64,000 nt of DNA from Eledone cirrhosa (Eukaryota): positions 95,046,001 to 95,110,000 of the forward strand of contig OZ024744.1 of NCBI GenBank assembly GCA_964016885.1, in the 5' to 3' direction. The translations under genes were made by a program, and so were the position numbers. Under the pieces are notes generated by a model. That model did not search any database. It had not been told where the DNA came from and saw only the letters and a program-made list of their open reading frames with translations. Of the stretch, positions 42,123 to 56,297 are shown piece after piece. Position 1 is the first letter of the stretch. Every line of letters starts with the position of its first letter.

Positions 42123-42753
42123 TTAACCCTTTAGTTAACAACCTGGCCAAAACCGGCCAAAATCTGATTCTATGCAATAAAACTGCCCATTTTTAAGGTT
42201 TCCAATTTAAATTAGAATCTTCCAACATAATTTTATATTAAGTTTAATACCTCAAAATTCTTCATCAATTAATTAAAATAGAGTGTATTTCATTAGAAAT
42301 GTGGTCGTGAAAAGGTTAAACCTTTAGCATTTACATTACTCTATATTTACTGTTGTATTTTCATGGTAAACACTTTATCTCACTTAATTATCTCACATAA
42401 TATCTAATCTATGATATTTTGATATTATTTATTTTGAGAACAATACCTTTACATTTGTATGAGCAACTGGTTACGGCTCGTTTGATCAGAAAGAAGTGAG
42501 AGAGTTCTGGCCAAATATGGCCAGTTTAACCCTTTAATGTTCAAACTGGCCAAAACCAGCCAGAATTCTCTACATTTTTCTGTTGAAACTGGCTGTAACT
42601 GGTCACTCAAACTGATGTTAAGGTATTGTTCTCAAAATATATACTTTCAAAATCTCATAGATTCGATATTATGTGAGATAATTATGCGAGGTAAAGCATT
42701 TACCATGAAAATATAACAGTATATATAGAGTAATGTGAATGCTAAAGGGTTAA
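42123..42753. mobile_element. Chain of three adjacent piggyBac-type MITEs
   Basis: Junctions at TTAA sites near 42123, 42316, 42526 and 42750. Confidence 0.75.
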
Positions 42754-43384
42754 ACATACCCAAACACAATATAGTTTTTTTTTTTAAAATAGAGCAAGAA
42801 AACAGCAAATAAATCTCTAATATGCTTCGTTTAGCATATCATTTATAATTGTTTCTACGTTAGGCACAAGGCCAGCAATTACCCAGTGCATTACTGGTAC
42901 TTTATTTTATCGACCCCGTAAGGATGAAAGGCAAAGTCAACCTCGGCGTCATCATCATCATCATCATCATCATCATTGCCATCATCATCATCATCATCAG
43001 CAACAGCAGTATCAGTAGCATCGTCATTGTTTAACATCTATTTCAGACAGGTTGTCACATATTGAGGTAAGACAGATCAGATGACAACTTTGTGCTCATA
43101 TGTTGAGTTTTTGACTTGGCTTCTATGGCTCACAGCACTATCAGCTTACAGTGTAGACTGGTAGACTGAGTGCTTTTTATCATGGTACCTGCACCACCAC
43201 TTTACAGTGTCAACTAGTAAACTGGGTGTATTATATCATAGTACCAGCGCTACCACTTTATAAGGTGTACTGGGTCCGTTTTATCATGGCATCAGCACTA
43301 CCACTTTACAGGGTGGACTGGGTGCATACTTATATTGTATCTTTCAAATGTGTTGGCCTATCTATTCCATCTTATTCTTCTTCT

Positions 43385-43760
43385 TGTCATGTCCACAAGA
43401 TTGTCAGCTACAAAGCTTGGCTAGATGTGGTTCCGCCACAGCTGAACATATTGCTGTCCTTTCTCATTAAACTCTGCCAAGTCCAATGCTGTGCAGGGGT
43501 GTTCCAGCAGGGGGCATATCAGGAGGTGCTGCATAGTCTGTGGTTCGATGACACAGTTACACAGAACGTCCCCATCCTTTAAATATCCCCATTTTGCCAG
43601 ATTGACCTTTGCACGACCAACACCAGATCTTAAACTGTTGAGGCATTTCCACACTGCTTAGTTTGTATCTGCTCCGGGGGCAGTGCCTTGCTCGCTTTTA
43701 GCTCCATTGTTGTTACAGAGGGGTGGTTGATAAGTTTTTCTTCCCAGTGAGTGACTTTTT
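43385..43760 (-). mobile_element. Non-LTR retrotransposon 3' fragment (RTEX/Ingi-like CCHC end)
   Basis: WKCLNSLRSGVGR..KWG..CNC..QTMQHLLICP followed by a short (AAG)n tail. Confidence 0.75.
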
Positions 43761-44020
43761 CACTACTTATGTTTGATTTGTTTCAACACTTAGCACAAAC
43801 ATTAGATAGTACCAACATGGGAGACTATATGGTTTCTGAACCTGCTAGAAACAGCAGTCAAATTTTTCTCAAATCACATCAGTGATGTAGCCAGAGATAG
43901 ATTTAATGGGGGGAAAAGGAAGCTATTGCCCTGGGACCCCAGCAACGGCCGGAGCAATTTATATGTGCCCTCAGCTGTGCTTTTTAATTTAATACCTGTA
44001 TGTAGAATTTTTCAATTCTA

Positions 44021-44585
44021 CATTAACAAGACATTGTTGAAAAGTACAAAACAGTACTATGACTGTATCACATTAACTGTTAACATCCTGTACCACATGA
44101 AACCACATTAACAAGACATTGTAGAAAAGTACAAAACAGTACTATGACTGTATCACATTAACTCTTAACATCCTGTACCATATGAAACCACATTAACAAG
44201 ACATTGTAGAAAAGTACAAAACAGTACTATGACTGTATCACATTAACTCTTAACATCCTGTACCACATGAAACCGCATTAACAAGACATTGTTGAAAAGT
44301 ACAAAACAGTACTATGACTATCACATTAACTGTTAACATCCTGTACCACGTGAAACCACATTAACAAGACATTGTTGAAATGTACAAAACAGTACTATGA
44401 CTGTATCACATTAACTGTTAACATCCTGTACCACATGAAACCACATTAACAAGACATTGTTGAAAAGTACAAAACAGTACTATGACTGTATCACATTAAC
44501 TGTTAACATCCTGTACCACATGAAACCACATTAACAAGACATTGTTGAAAAGTACAAAACAGTACAATGACTACATCACATTAAA
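44021..44585. repeat. 85-bp tandem repeat, about 6.6 copies
   Basis: Unit cattaacaagacattgttgaaaagtacaaaacagtactatgactgtatcacattaactgttaacatcctgtaccacatgaaacca. Diverged relatives are at 46730-47370. Confidence 0.95.
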
Positions 44586-44971
44586 AATTAAAGTTGTTAC
44601 TCTAATACTACACATTTTCACAACAATCTGTAACAAAGATACTATAAACATTTGAATTAACAAACCATATGAAATTTGATTTTGACAATAATCTCTCCTC
44701 TAGTAAAATTACTATAAACACATGAATTAACAAACTTATTTTTAGATATTTTCTGCTAAATCATTAGAGGGTGTTAAGAGATAATACTGCAATTTTTCAC
44801 AACAAAGATACTATAAACATTTGAATTAATAAACCAGTTTCTAGACAATATCTGTTAAATCATTGTAGGATGTTAAGAGTTGATTTCTATTTACTAATCA
44901 ATCACAAAGCTAGTTTTTGCAACGGTGCAGCACATCAAAGTCAGGTGTAGTCAGGATCTATATACGAAAGC

Positions 44972-45051
<80 letters not shown>

Positions 45052-45570
45052 TCCACAAAACATAGGATTTCAAGGTTTCTTGGTGTAAAGGTATTCCATG
45101 ATATATTTATTTGTAGGGTCCATGTACACCAAGTGTTGAAGTTAATCTATCGGTAACATCAAATTATTTAATAGTGGTGAAGAAAAAAGAAAGAAGGAAG
45201 GAAAAAATAAGGAAAGAAAGATAGAAAGAAGAAGAAGAAGAAGAAGAAGAAGAAGAAGAAGAAGAAGAAGAAGAAGAAGAAGAAAAAGAAGAAAGGCAGA
45301 GGAGTGGGATGAGGGGAAAGAAAAAGAAGAAAAGGAAGAAAAGAAGGAAGACGACGATGATGGTGATGGGGAGAAGAATGGGGGGAGAGAAAGGAAGAAC
45401 GATGATGACTGAGGTGGAGGGGTGAAACGTTGAAGGAAATCAAATGAACTTCAGAAAGATTAAAGACAAAGCTGACCTCGGCGAGATTTGAACTCAGAAC
45501 CAGCTGGTATATATAGGCCAAGGCCAAATACAAAACAAAACAAACATCAAACAAACAAACAAAAATATAT

Positions 45571-45603
<33 letters not shown>

Positions 45604-45608
<5 letters not shown>

Positions 45609-45764
45609 ATATTAAATGAATGGAAACTATATTTATAAAACCATAAATATAGTTTCCATTCATTTAATATCATTGAATATTTACTCCAGTAACTGTTGAG
45701 TGCTCTAAATCAGTTATAAACATTTATGTTTGTCGGACTTCCAACAAATTAAATACAACTTCTA

Positions 45765-45766
<2 letters not shown>
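45604..45766 (+). mobile_element. Short family B element with fold-back end
   Basis: Palindrome at 45604-45674, then the tACTC..GAGTgc tail; (TA)n on both sides. Confidence 0.75.
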
Positions 45767-45819
<53 letters not shown>

Positions 45820-46231
45820 AAATAATTAAGTCAAATATGCAAAATTTGGCTTCGTTTATTATAAATTGCCTACTTCGTCGAGTGCTCCAATCTGCATACT
45901 GATGTGTCGGTAAACAACCAACATATACTCAACATTTATATATATATATTATGGAATACTGTTGGCTTTTTGCTACAATGTTTTCTATACCTTTCATTTA
46001 TATATATATATATATACCCTTTGAAAACTGCTCACTAAGTATTTTAGTAATCAACGCTAAATACATAATGATTTATGCATGAGTTACGAGTATATACATG
46101 TATATATGTAATAACCATAATGTGATGGACAAGCTTACAACCCACTTTTACTAATAAAAACAGAATAAAAGATACAAGCCTATTCAAAATACATTAACTA
46201 CACTTTAGAAACCAGTCAGGTGTTTCCATTT

Positions 46232-46691
46232 ACTCTCGGGTCACCCAATAATTGTACCACCACCCCCACCCTATCCCCGCTTAGTAATTTTTCAGGTTAC
46301 CTATATGCACCCACACTCGCCATCTCATTCCCGCTTATTAAATTTTGCTATTCTATCTCCGGCTGAAATTTTTATTTTAAGTGGTAGCATTCCTGCCTGT
46401 GACAATTAATGTTCTTTATACATAAAAAAACAACAAAAAAAAAACAAAAAAAAACCCATTATACATGACAACAAAAAAAGTACATTATTAGAAATCTCAC
46501 ATGTTATAATAAAATAAATAGGATGAGTTTGGGATCTCAATATGTAAACTAAACGAATAATTCTGGGGGAGGGGGGGATTAATCAACAGTGACAACCTAG
46601 AAAAATTATCGATTTTCAAACTGTCCCCCACCTCCGCGCTTGTTCTAAACCCCCCACCCCACCCCTCTTTATTATGTGGGACCCGAGAGTA
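46232..46691. mobile_element. TA-flanked MITE
   Basis: TACTCTCGGGTC...GACCCGAGAGTA terminal inverted repeats. A diverged copy is at about 25725-26111. Confidence 0.7.
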
Positions 46692-48179
46692 TGTGATAGT
46701 TTTATCGAATGAAAAAGTAAGATTGATAACTGCTAACGTCCCGTACCACATAAAACCGCGTTAGCAAATCATTCTGGAAAAATACTGCATCACATTAAAT
46801 ATTAAAAAAAGTCTTTACTTTATTTAATGCGGAGGCGAGTGGCCTAGTGGCATGGGCGTTGGGCGTAAGATCATAATGTCGTGGGTTGTGGGTTGTGTTT
46901 TTGAGCAAAACACTTCATTTCACATTGTTCCAGTATACTCAGCTGAAAATGAGTACCAGCTATAGCTGGGGATTTAACCAGTCCTGTCCAGGGGACGAGT
47001 CTTGTACTCTCTGTTGCTTCATGCCTCAGATACTGACAAAAGTACCAAGCTGACATAGTCTCCGGGTTTGAGACAGGCTTTAGACTTAAACTTCATTTAA
47101 TACTGCAAAGAACTGTCAATTAGTAAAAATACTAGATACTTATAAACATTTCAATTGACAAACCACATTAGAAAAACATTCTTGAAAAGTACAAAACAGC
47201 AAGCCCTATCACTGCATCATGTTAAAAATTAGACTTTACAAATTTTCACAGCATTTTGACCACTAGTAAGGATACTATAAACATTTGAATTAGCAAATCA
47301 CATGAAACCACATTAGCAAAACATTCTTGAAAAGTACAAAACAACATTATGACTGAATCGCGTTAAATATTGGTTTCTGATTTAGACACAAGGCCAACAA
47401 TTTGAGGGAAGCGGAAAATTGATTAAATTGACCCTAGTGCATTACTGGTACTTTATTTTATCGACCCCGTAAGGATGAAAGGCAAAGTTAAACTCGGCGG
47501 GATTTGAACTCAGACCGTTAAAGGTCGTAACTGTATGCCATAAAGCATGTTGTCCGACGCTCCACCAATCTTTACTTTAGTACTGCAGACTTGTTAAATC
47601 TCCCCGTTTTGGCTCAATAGCTATAGCTTTTAAGTAAAATCTCCCCATTTTGTCCCATTTCTCCCCATTTTTCGGCACTTTTTTCATTGTATCCCCCGTT
47701 TGGGTTTTTAGAGGTTGGCAGGGCTGGTACTGTAAAGATATGTTTTGTCCAATAGTAAAGACACTACAAACATTTGAACTAACAAACAGGTTTTTTTTAG
47801 ATTGTAGATGAGATCCCAAAATAAATATTTTCCAGTAAATTATGAGAGTTAAATGAACTTTTAAAAAGAAAGAAAGAAAGGAATATACAAAATATACAAG
47901 GAACCAGTAAGGAAGAGAAGGAAAAGGAAACGTATAGTGTGTATGGGGGGGGGGGACAGAAAGAAGTAAACATACCCCCCCCCCCAAAAAAAAGCGAAAA
48001 AAAACAACCTAGTTCAATAGATTAATAAAATTTAATATATATATATATATATGTGTGTGTGTATGTGTGTGTGTGCGTGTGATCTGTGGTATGTTTTAGG
48101 AAATCCTTATTTCCTTTTTATTAAAATGAAATCCTAAGGAAGAAAAATAAGCATTCATAAGGAACACAAACATACGTTA

Positions 48180-48293
<114 letters not shown>

Positions 48294-48855
48294 ATACATT
48301 ATATATATATATAATGTATATATATCTATATCTATTTATCTATCTATTATATATATATATATATATACACATATTATACACACACATTATATATATATTT
48401 TAAAGGGTAGGGGAAAACTTTCAAGGAGCGGATATCCCCAAAAGAAAGATTAAATATGGCTTTTACTTGAATTAATTAATAAAGAGTAGGAGGTTAAAAA
48501 AAAGAAGAGGTGTGCTGACATGACAACCCACACAATACACTCAACCATCGTTTGATCTCTCTCTCTCTCTCCTGCGCGCACGCACGCACGCACGCACGCA
48601 CGTACACACACACACACACGCACACACACCTCAGTGAAGGTGTGTGGCTGAATGGTGAAAGAATTAGATTCACAAACGAGAGTTAGTGAGTTCGATTCCC
48701 AGACCGGGCGATGCGTTATGTCCTTGAGCAAGACACTTTATTTCACGCTGTTCCTTCTACCTGGAGTTGCGACCGATAGATAGTATTAGAAATTGGAAAG
48801 ACCAATGGAAACATTGTTTCCTCGGTCCGATTTGACGAAAGTCGATCGACTGTCG

Positions 48856-48886
<31 letters not shown>

Positions 48887-48891
48887 AATAT

Positions 48892-49198
48892 AAGTAGAAG
48901 GGATATTTAATTTGTTGGAAATACAACAAATAAATATAAATGTTTATAACTTTATTCAGAGCACTCGACAGCTTTCTGGATTCAATGATATTAAATAAAT
49001 GGAAACTATATTTATAAAACCATATTTATTCAATTATATATTTCTAGGGTACCAAAATTTCGGTACGCTATCATCAGATAATATTTATAAGACATTTTGT
49101 ATTTTATCTGATGATAGCGTTACTAAAATTTTGGTACCCTTGAAATATATAATTGAATAAATATGGTTTTATAAATATAATTTACATTTGTTTAATAT

Positions 49199-49203
<5 letters not shown>
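48892..49203 (-). mobile_element. Family B element, fold-back with two opposed hammerhead cores
   Basis: Palindrome at 48983-49203, with CTGATGA...GAAATATATA on both strands. Confidence 0.75.
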
Positions 49204-49250
<47 letters not shown>

Positions 49251-49383
49251 GTTATTCCGGGTTGAATCGGAGGTAACCACAGTAAGTAAGGTACTCAATA
49301 CATAGCAGAGTATAAAAGTTTTAATATAGATGAGATTCTACAGGACTAGAACTGTTTCATTCATTAGAAATCATCAGGAATCA

Positions 49384-49432
49384 GATTCCTGATGATTTCT
49401 AATGAATGAAACAGTTCTAGTCCTGTAGAATC
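49384..49432 (+). ncRNA. Type I hammerhead ribozyme motif (family C element 49249-49444; mirror copy at 49334-49382 on minus)
   Basis: GATTC-CTGATGA-tTTCtaatGAAt-GAA-ACAG-ttctagtc-CTGT-A-GAATC; predicted GUA cleavage after 49427. Confidence 0.8.
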
Positions 49433-49458
49433 TCATCTATATTATATATATATATATA

Positions 49459-49796
49459 TGCAAAAGTTTTATTTAAGATTGTTGGGTTACAACGAGTAAA
49501 TATTTTATAACTGATATAAAAGCACTCAACAGTTTCAAAATGAAAAATAACCGAGGTGTCCTACACGAGTGAAAGTATAAAGAAAAAGAGATGAAATCGA
49601 AAATGCAACTGGAGTTGAGATGGAGGGTCTGTGGTTTTTCTCACATCTGTGAGAAAAACCACAGACCCTCCATCTCAACTCACCTTTTGAAAAACAGAAG
49701 AACTGCGAAACCGGTAAAGGAACCAAATAAATATATATATTTTTAAAAAAAATAAGACTCCAGTTGCATTTTCGATTTCATCTCTTTTTCTTTATA
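49459..49796. mobile_element. Family G element with nested inverted repeats and degenerate hammerhead
   Basis: Outer inverted repeat 49576-49615/49757-49796 and a perfect inner hairpin 49612-49681. CCTT-ttgaaaa..GAA-ACCGGT-A-AAGG lies at 49683-49720. A fragment is also at 35915-35985. Confidence 0.65.
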
Positions 49797-49820
49797 TATA
49801 TATAAATATATATATATATA

Positions 49821-49998
<178 letters not shown>

Positions 49999-50209
49999 TA
50001 ATAAATGGAAACTATATTTATAAAACCATATTTATTTTATTGTATATATTTCAAGGGCAACCAAGGCAAATTATGGTGCGCTTTCATCAGATAAAATACA
50101 GATTTGTTTTATAAATAAATATTGACATACCCGGAAAAAAAGACAACCTTAACGGTCGAAGCTTCCTGGATAGTCTGATGTGTTTATGATGTGCAAAGGA
50201 AACATATCA

Positions 50210-50246
<37 letters not shown>

Positions 50247-50247
<1 letters not shown>

Positions 50248-50429
50248 GTAGGTCCCGGGTTGAGTCGGGGATAACCACAGTAAGTAAGGTACTCAATACA
50301 TGGCAGAGTAAAATTTTTTTATTTTATAGAAGGAGCTTCTACAGGACTAGTACTGTTTCATTCAGATGAAATCTTCCTGAAGATTTCATCTGAATGAAAC
50401 AGTACTAGTCCTGTAGAAGCTCCTTCTAT

Positions 50430-50434
<5 letters not shown>
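50247..50434 (-). mobile_element. Family C variant fold-back element with hammerhead
   Basis: Palindrome centred near 50377. The plus strand reads CTTC-CTGAAGA-tTTCatctGAAt-GAA-ACAG-tactagtc-CTGT-A-GAAG at 50373-50419. Confidence 0.75.
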
Positions 50435-50511
<77 letters not shown>

Positions 50512-50937
50512 GGAAAAATTTGAACAGGGACAAAACAGAGAGGCAGTACAACGAATGTTTATTAATTTCACGCTCAGGAGAGTGAGGGGTAGGTGGGGGG
50601 GGGGGCGTTTCGGGTATAAGCCCTTCCTCAGGTGAGAAGTGTGTGGGAACAGAGTTCAAAAGGTGTGTAGGGGAGTGGTGGAGAGACATATAGCGAAAGG
50701 AAACGGTGCGAATGAAAAAAATAAAAAATAAAGATAAAAAATAAAAATAAAGCATGATCAAAATACAAGGAATGAGAAAATTTAAAAATAAAGGCATGAT
50801 CAAAATAAACTGAAATTAAAAAGGGGGTAAAACAGGTGGTGGAAGGGTGTGGGGTGAGTAGGGGTGGTGGCGGGTGGAGTGGGGAGAGGGAGACGGGGTG
50901 TCCGAGCGGGGAGGGCTGAAGGTGGTGTGTGTGTGTG

Positions 50938-50979
<42 letters not shown>

Positions 50980-51511
50980 AAAGTAAGGGTTGGGGGAAGA
51001 ACGGGGTTGCATGTTCAGGAAGAGGTGTGTGTGTGTGTGGGTGTTTTTGTGGGTCGGAGTGTCTGTGCGTGTGTGGATAGAGGGGTGGGGGGAGAGGAAT
51101 CAGGAGGCTGAGGGTGTAAATATGTGGTGGGAAGCACGTGTGTGTGGGGTTTAAGCGTGTTATGGGTGTGGGTGGCGTGTGGAGAAAAATTTTTTTTTGG
51201 GGTGTGTGTGTGGGTGAGTTATATATATATATGTGTGTGTGTAAATATGTGTGTGTGTATATATGTAAATATGTATGTGCATATATATATATATAATATA
51301 AGATCAAAAGATGGTTAAAGGAGTTCCATATATTTTATTATGCGCATTTCAAAAACAAACATCATCAAGCAATAATATTTGTGTTTTCATCAGATAAAAC
51401 AGGAGAACATGATATGAAGGCTAAAAAACACTTGTGGATAGTGCAGTTTTAAATCAACATAAAACTGCACTATCCACAAGTGTTTTTTAGCCTTCATATC
51501 ATGTTCTCCTG

Positions 51512-51578
51512 TTTTATCTGATGAAAACACAAATATTATTGCTTGATGATATTTGTTTTTGAAATGCGCATAATAAAA
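51512..51578 (+). ncRNA. Minimal type I hammerhead ribozyme motif (family D element 51293-51705; mirror at 51333-51399 minus)
   Basis: TTTTAT-CTGATGA-aaacacaaatat...atatttgttttt-GAA-ATGCGCAT-A-ATAAAA; predicted cleavage after 51572. Confidence 0.8.
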
Positions 51579-51704
51579 TATATGGAACTCCTTTAACCAT
51601 CTTTTGATCTTATATTATGCATACTCCAGTCCTACAAACTGTAGAGTGCTTCTTATCCGATATCTGCATTGCTTTATTGTACTACAATAAAACTCACCTC
51701 CTAC

Positions 51705-51752
<48 letters not shown>

Positions 51753-52208
51753 AATAACAGGAGGCTGGACTGGTGTAATTCCTTAAAAGGTTTATTGTAC
51801 TATGATCATTTCAATGACCAGTTCTATCCAGTGGTGAAACCAACAAACCTATATATATATATATATATATACATATATACACATACATATTTACATATAT
51901 ACACACACATATTTACACACATATATATATATATATACACATACATATTTACATATATACACACAGACACACATATTTACATATATATATATATATACAT
52001 ATATACACACACACACATATTTACACACATATATATATATATACATATATACACACATATTTACATATATACACACATATATATATATACATAAATATAT
52101 ACACATACATATTTACATATATACACACACACACATATTTACACACACACACATATATATATATACATATATACACATACATATTTACATATATACACAC
52201 ACATATTT

Positions 52209-52241
<33 letters not shown>

Positions 52242-52290
52242 CATATATACACATACATCTTACATATACACACACATATATATATATATA

Positions 52291-52484
52291 TAGGAACCAA
52301 TAAGACCCCGACGGCTGAGCTCAAGCCGTTTCGACGGCTAATTCTGGACATAATTAGCCGTCGAAACGGCTTGAGCTCAGCCGTCGGGGTCTTACTTGTT
52401 CCTATTACCCACTCTACTACCCTAAGTATTGAGTACTTTGGTGCGTTATGGTCCACCTGGTTCCTTACCACATTTCCTTCGTTA
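52291..52484 (+). mobile_element. Family A fold-back element
   Basis: Palindrome at 52291-52404; GAA-ACGGC-tTGAGCTCA-GCCGT-C; (TA)n flanks. Confidence 0.75.
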
Positions 52485-52709
52485 TATATATATATATATA
52501 TATACATATATACACATACATATTTACATATATACACACACACACACACATATTTACACACACATATATATATATATAATATACTGATATGTTTCCTTTG
52601 TACACCATAAACGTTATACAGTGTAATGATACCACTGTAAACATATGATATAATATAATATATCATATTTCACGTTAATCATCTTTGTAGCCTTGTGGCA
52701 AATAAAGTG

Positions 52710-52776
52710 ATTACTACTACTACTACTACTACTACTACCACTACTACTGCTGCTCCTGCTACCACTACTACCACTA

Positions 52777-52811
<35 letters not shown>

Positions 52812-53283
52812 GCTGCTTCTGCTACCACTACTACTACTACTACTACTAATACTACTGCTGCTTCTGCTACCACTACTACTACCACTACTACTACTACTAC
52901 TACCACAACCACTACTACTGTTGCTGCTGCTACTAAAACTACTACTACCACCACTACTACTACTACTGCCACCACCACCACCACAACTAATGATTGATAA
53001 TAAATTTTAAAAAAATCATCATTATTATCACATGGGCGGTCGATTGGCAGTATCGATAGAGGGTCGGACGTCAAGCTTTGCAGCATAGAGTTACGGCCCT
53101 TTACGGTCTGAGTTCAAATCCCGCCGAGGTTAACTTTGCCATTCATCCTTGCGGGGTCGATAAAATATATAGTACCAGTAATGTACTGGATTAATTGCTG
53201 GCCCCTTGTGCCAAACGTAGAAACAATTATTATCACATAATTACTACTACTACTACTACTACTAGTACTACTACTACTACTAG

Positions 53284-53318
<35 letters not shown>

Positions 53319-53410
53319 GTACTACTAGTACTATTACTACTACTAGTACTACTACTACTACTAGTACTACTACTACTACTAGTACTACTACTACTACTAC
53401 TACTACTACT
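52710..53410. repeat. (CTA)n tracts flanking a full-length SINE family 1 copy (53035-53230, +)
   Basis: Directly visible. Confidence 0.9.
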
Positions 53411-53711
53411 AATCAATTAATTAAGCCAATTAAAAGTATTTGCTATCGTCGATTATTTATTCATTCATTCAAAAGATAAAATAATCACATACACTTACAT
53501 ACACTTACATACACACACATATATATACTCGCATTCAGGTAGTAACTGTTGAAACTGCATCAGCTCAGCCGTCGGGCCTCGACTCTTTATAATATAACCA
53601 TACTCTACTATCCCAAGTATCAAGTACTATGTTGAGTAATGAATGATCTTGCTAGTTTTAAACTAGTTCTATCCTGATATATATTCGCATATATACATAT
53701 ATTATATATAC

Positions 53712-53743
<32 letters not shown>

Positions 53744-53744
<1 letters not shown>

Positions 53745-53933
53745 TAATATAGATGAGATTCTACAGGACTAGAACTGTTTCATTCTTTAGAAATCATCAG
53801 GAATCCTGATGATTTCTAAAGAATGAAACAGTTCTAGTCCTGTAGAATCTCATCTATATTAAAACTTTTATACTCTGCAATGTATTGAGTACCTTACTTA
53901 CTGTGGTTACCTCCGATTCAACCCGGAATAACG
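53744..53933 (+). mobile_element. Family C fold-back element with opposed hammerheads
   Basis: Palindrome at 53744-53862 centred on catcagg-aat-cctgatg; nearly identical to the reverse complement of 49249-49444. Confidence 0.8.
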
Positions 53934-54090
53934 TATATATATATAGAGAGAGAGAGGGGGGGGGGGAGATATGTAAATTCCCGAACGCGGCCGGGATTTA
54001 CATATCTCTATACCCACTCTACATCTCCCCATTCATTGAGTATTCCCATGATTGGTGGTCTCAGCACCTACTACTATATATATATATATT

Positions 54091-54543
54091 CAGTTGTCCC
54101 CCGGGTATTCGCGGGGTTACGTTCCTAGACCACCCACGAAGAATGAAAAACCGCGAATATTGGACGTGGTTCATAAAAATGCCTATAAACGTCAAAATAT
54201 AACGTAAAATATAATAATGAAAAAAAAAAAAAAAGAGAGAGAGAGAGCATCTAATGCAAAGGGGCGTCCAATAGGCCGGCAAATACGATATATTGTTATT
54301 AATAATTTAGTGTCAAAAAATACATATCTTTCTACTTTTTTTGGCATAAGGCCAGCAATTACCCCAGTGCATTACTGGTGCTTTATTTTTACATATATAT
54401 TGCCACGAAAAAAAAAACATTAAAAATTCGCGGAAGATATTTACGATTCCGCGAATATCCGGTGGTTTCCACGAACAATCATCAGTTATGTTCTAAGGAA
54501 ATATCCGCGAATAACCGGGATCGCAAATGTCGGGGGTACACTG
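54091..54543. mobile_element. Tc1/pogo(Tigger)-type MITE with a nested SINE fragment
   Basis: cagttgtcccccg.. / ..cgggggtacactg|ta; SINE piece at about 54325-54390. Confidence 0.65.
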
Positions 54544-54565
54544 TATATATATATATATATACACT

Positions 54566-54601
<36 letters not shown>

Positions 54602-54690
54602 AAAAGATTCAGGACCCACTCTACAACCACAAGTATCAAGTACTCTGGTGGGTTTTGGTTCACCACACCCTTTGGTTACCACACCCTTTC

Positions 54691-54813
<123 letters not shown>

Positions 54814-55099
54814 AGTGGACTAGTTGAAAATATTGAGAATATAAAATATAAGGGACTCGCCTTTCTTAAACAAGATCAATAATCAATAGAAATTGACCTA
54901 TATTGTATGCTATTAAATGATAATACTTGTGTACTATAAATACGTGAAAACTTGTAGGTGTTTGACCACTAGTGTGTATATATTAAATATTAATGTATGT
55001 GCGTGTGTTTAATTAATTCAATATACATACATGTGTGGGTGTATGTGTGTGTGTTTAATTAATTCAATATATGTATTTATATATATATATATATATATA

Positions 55100-55857
<758 letters not shown>

Positions 55858-56066
55858 ACACATATATAAAAAAATATATATATATATGTGTGTTTGTGTA
55901 CATAAATATACATATACATATATATGCGTATACACACACAGAGACAGATATTCATTCATATATATGTGTGAATGTGTATATAAATATATATATATACACA
56001 TACACACACATATATATGAATGAATATCTGTCTCTGTGTGTGTATACGCATATATATGTATATGCA

Positions 56067-56114
<48 letters not shown>

Positions 56115-56297
56115 TACACACATATACACATACACACGCATATATATGTGTGTGTGTGTATGTGTGCATGTGAGCATACCTATATGTATATACATATACA
56201 CACGTATTTATGTATATATGTATTTATAAGACAACCCTCCATACAAAGATCATAATATTAATCAGGTAAGACAGACGATCATTATTTATCCCTAAAA

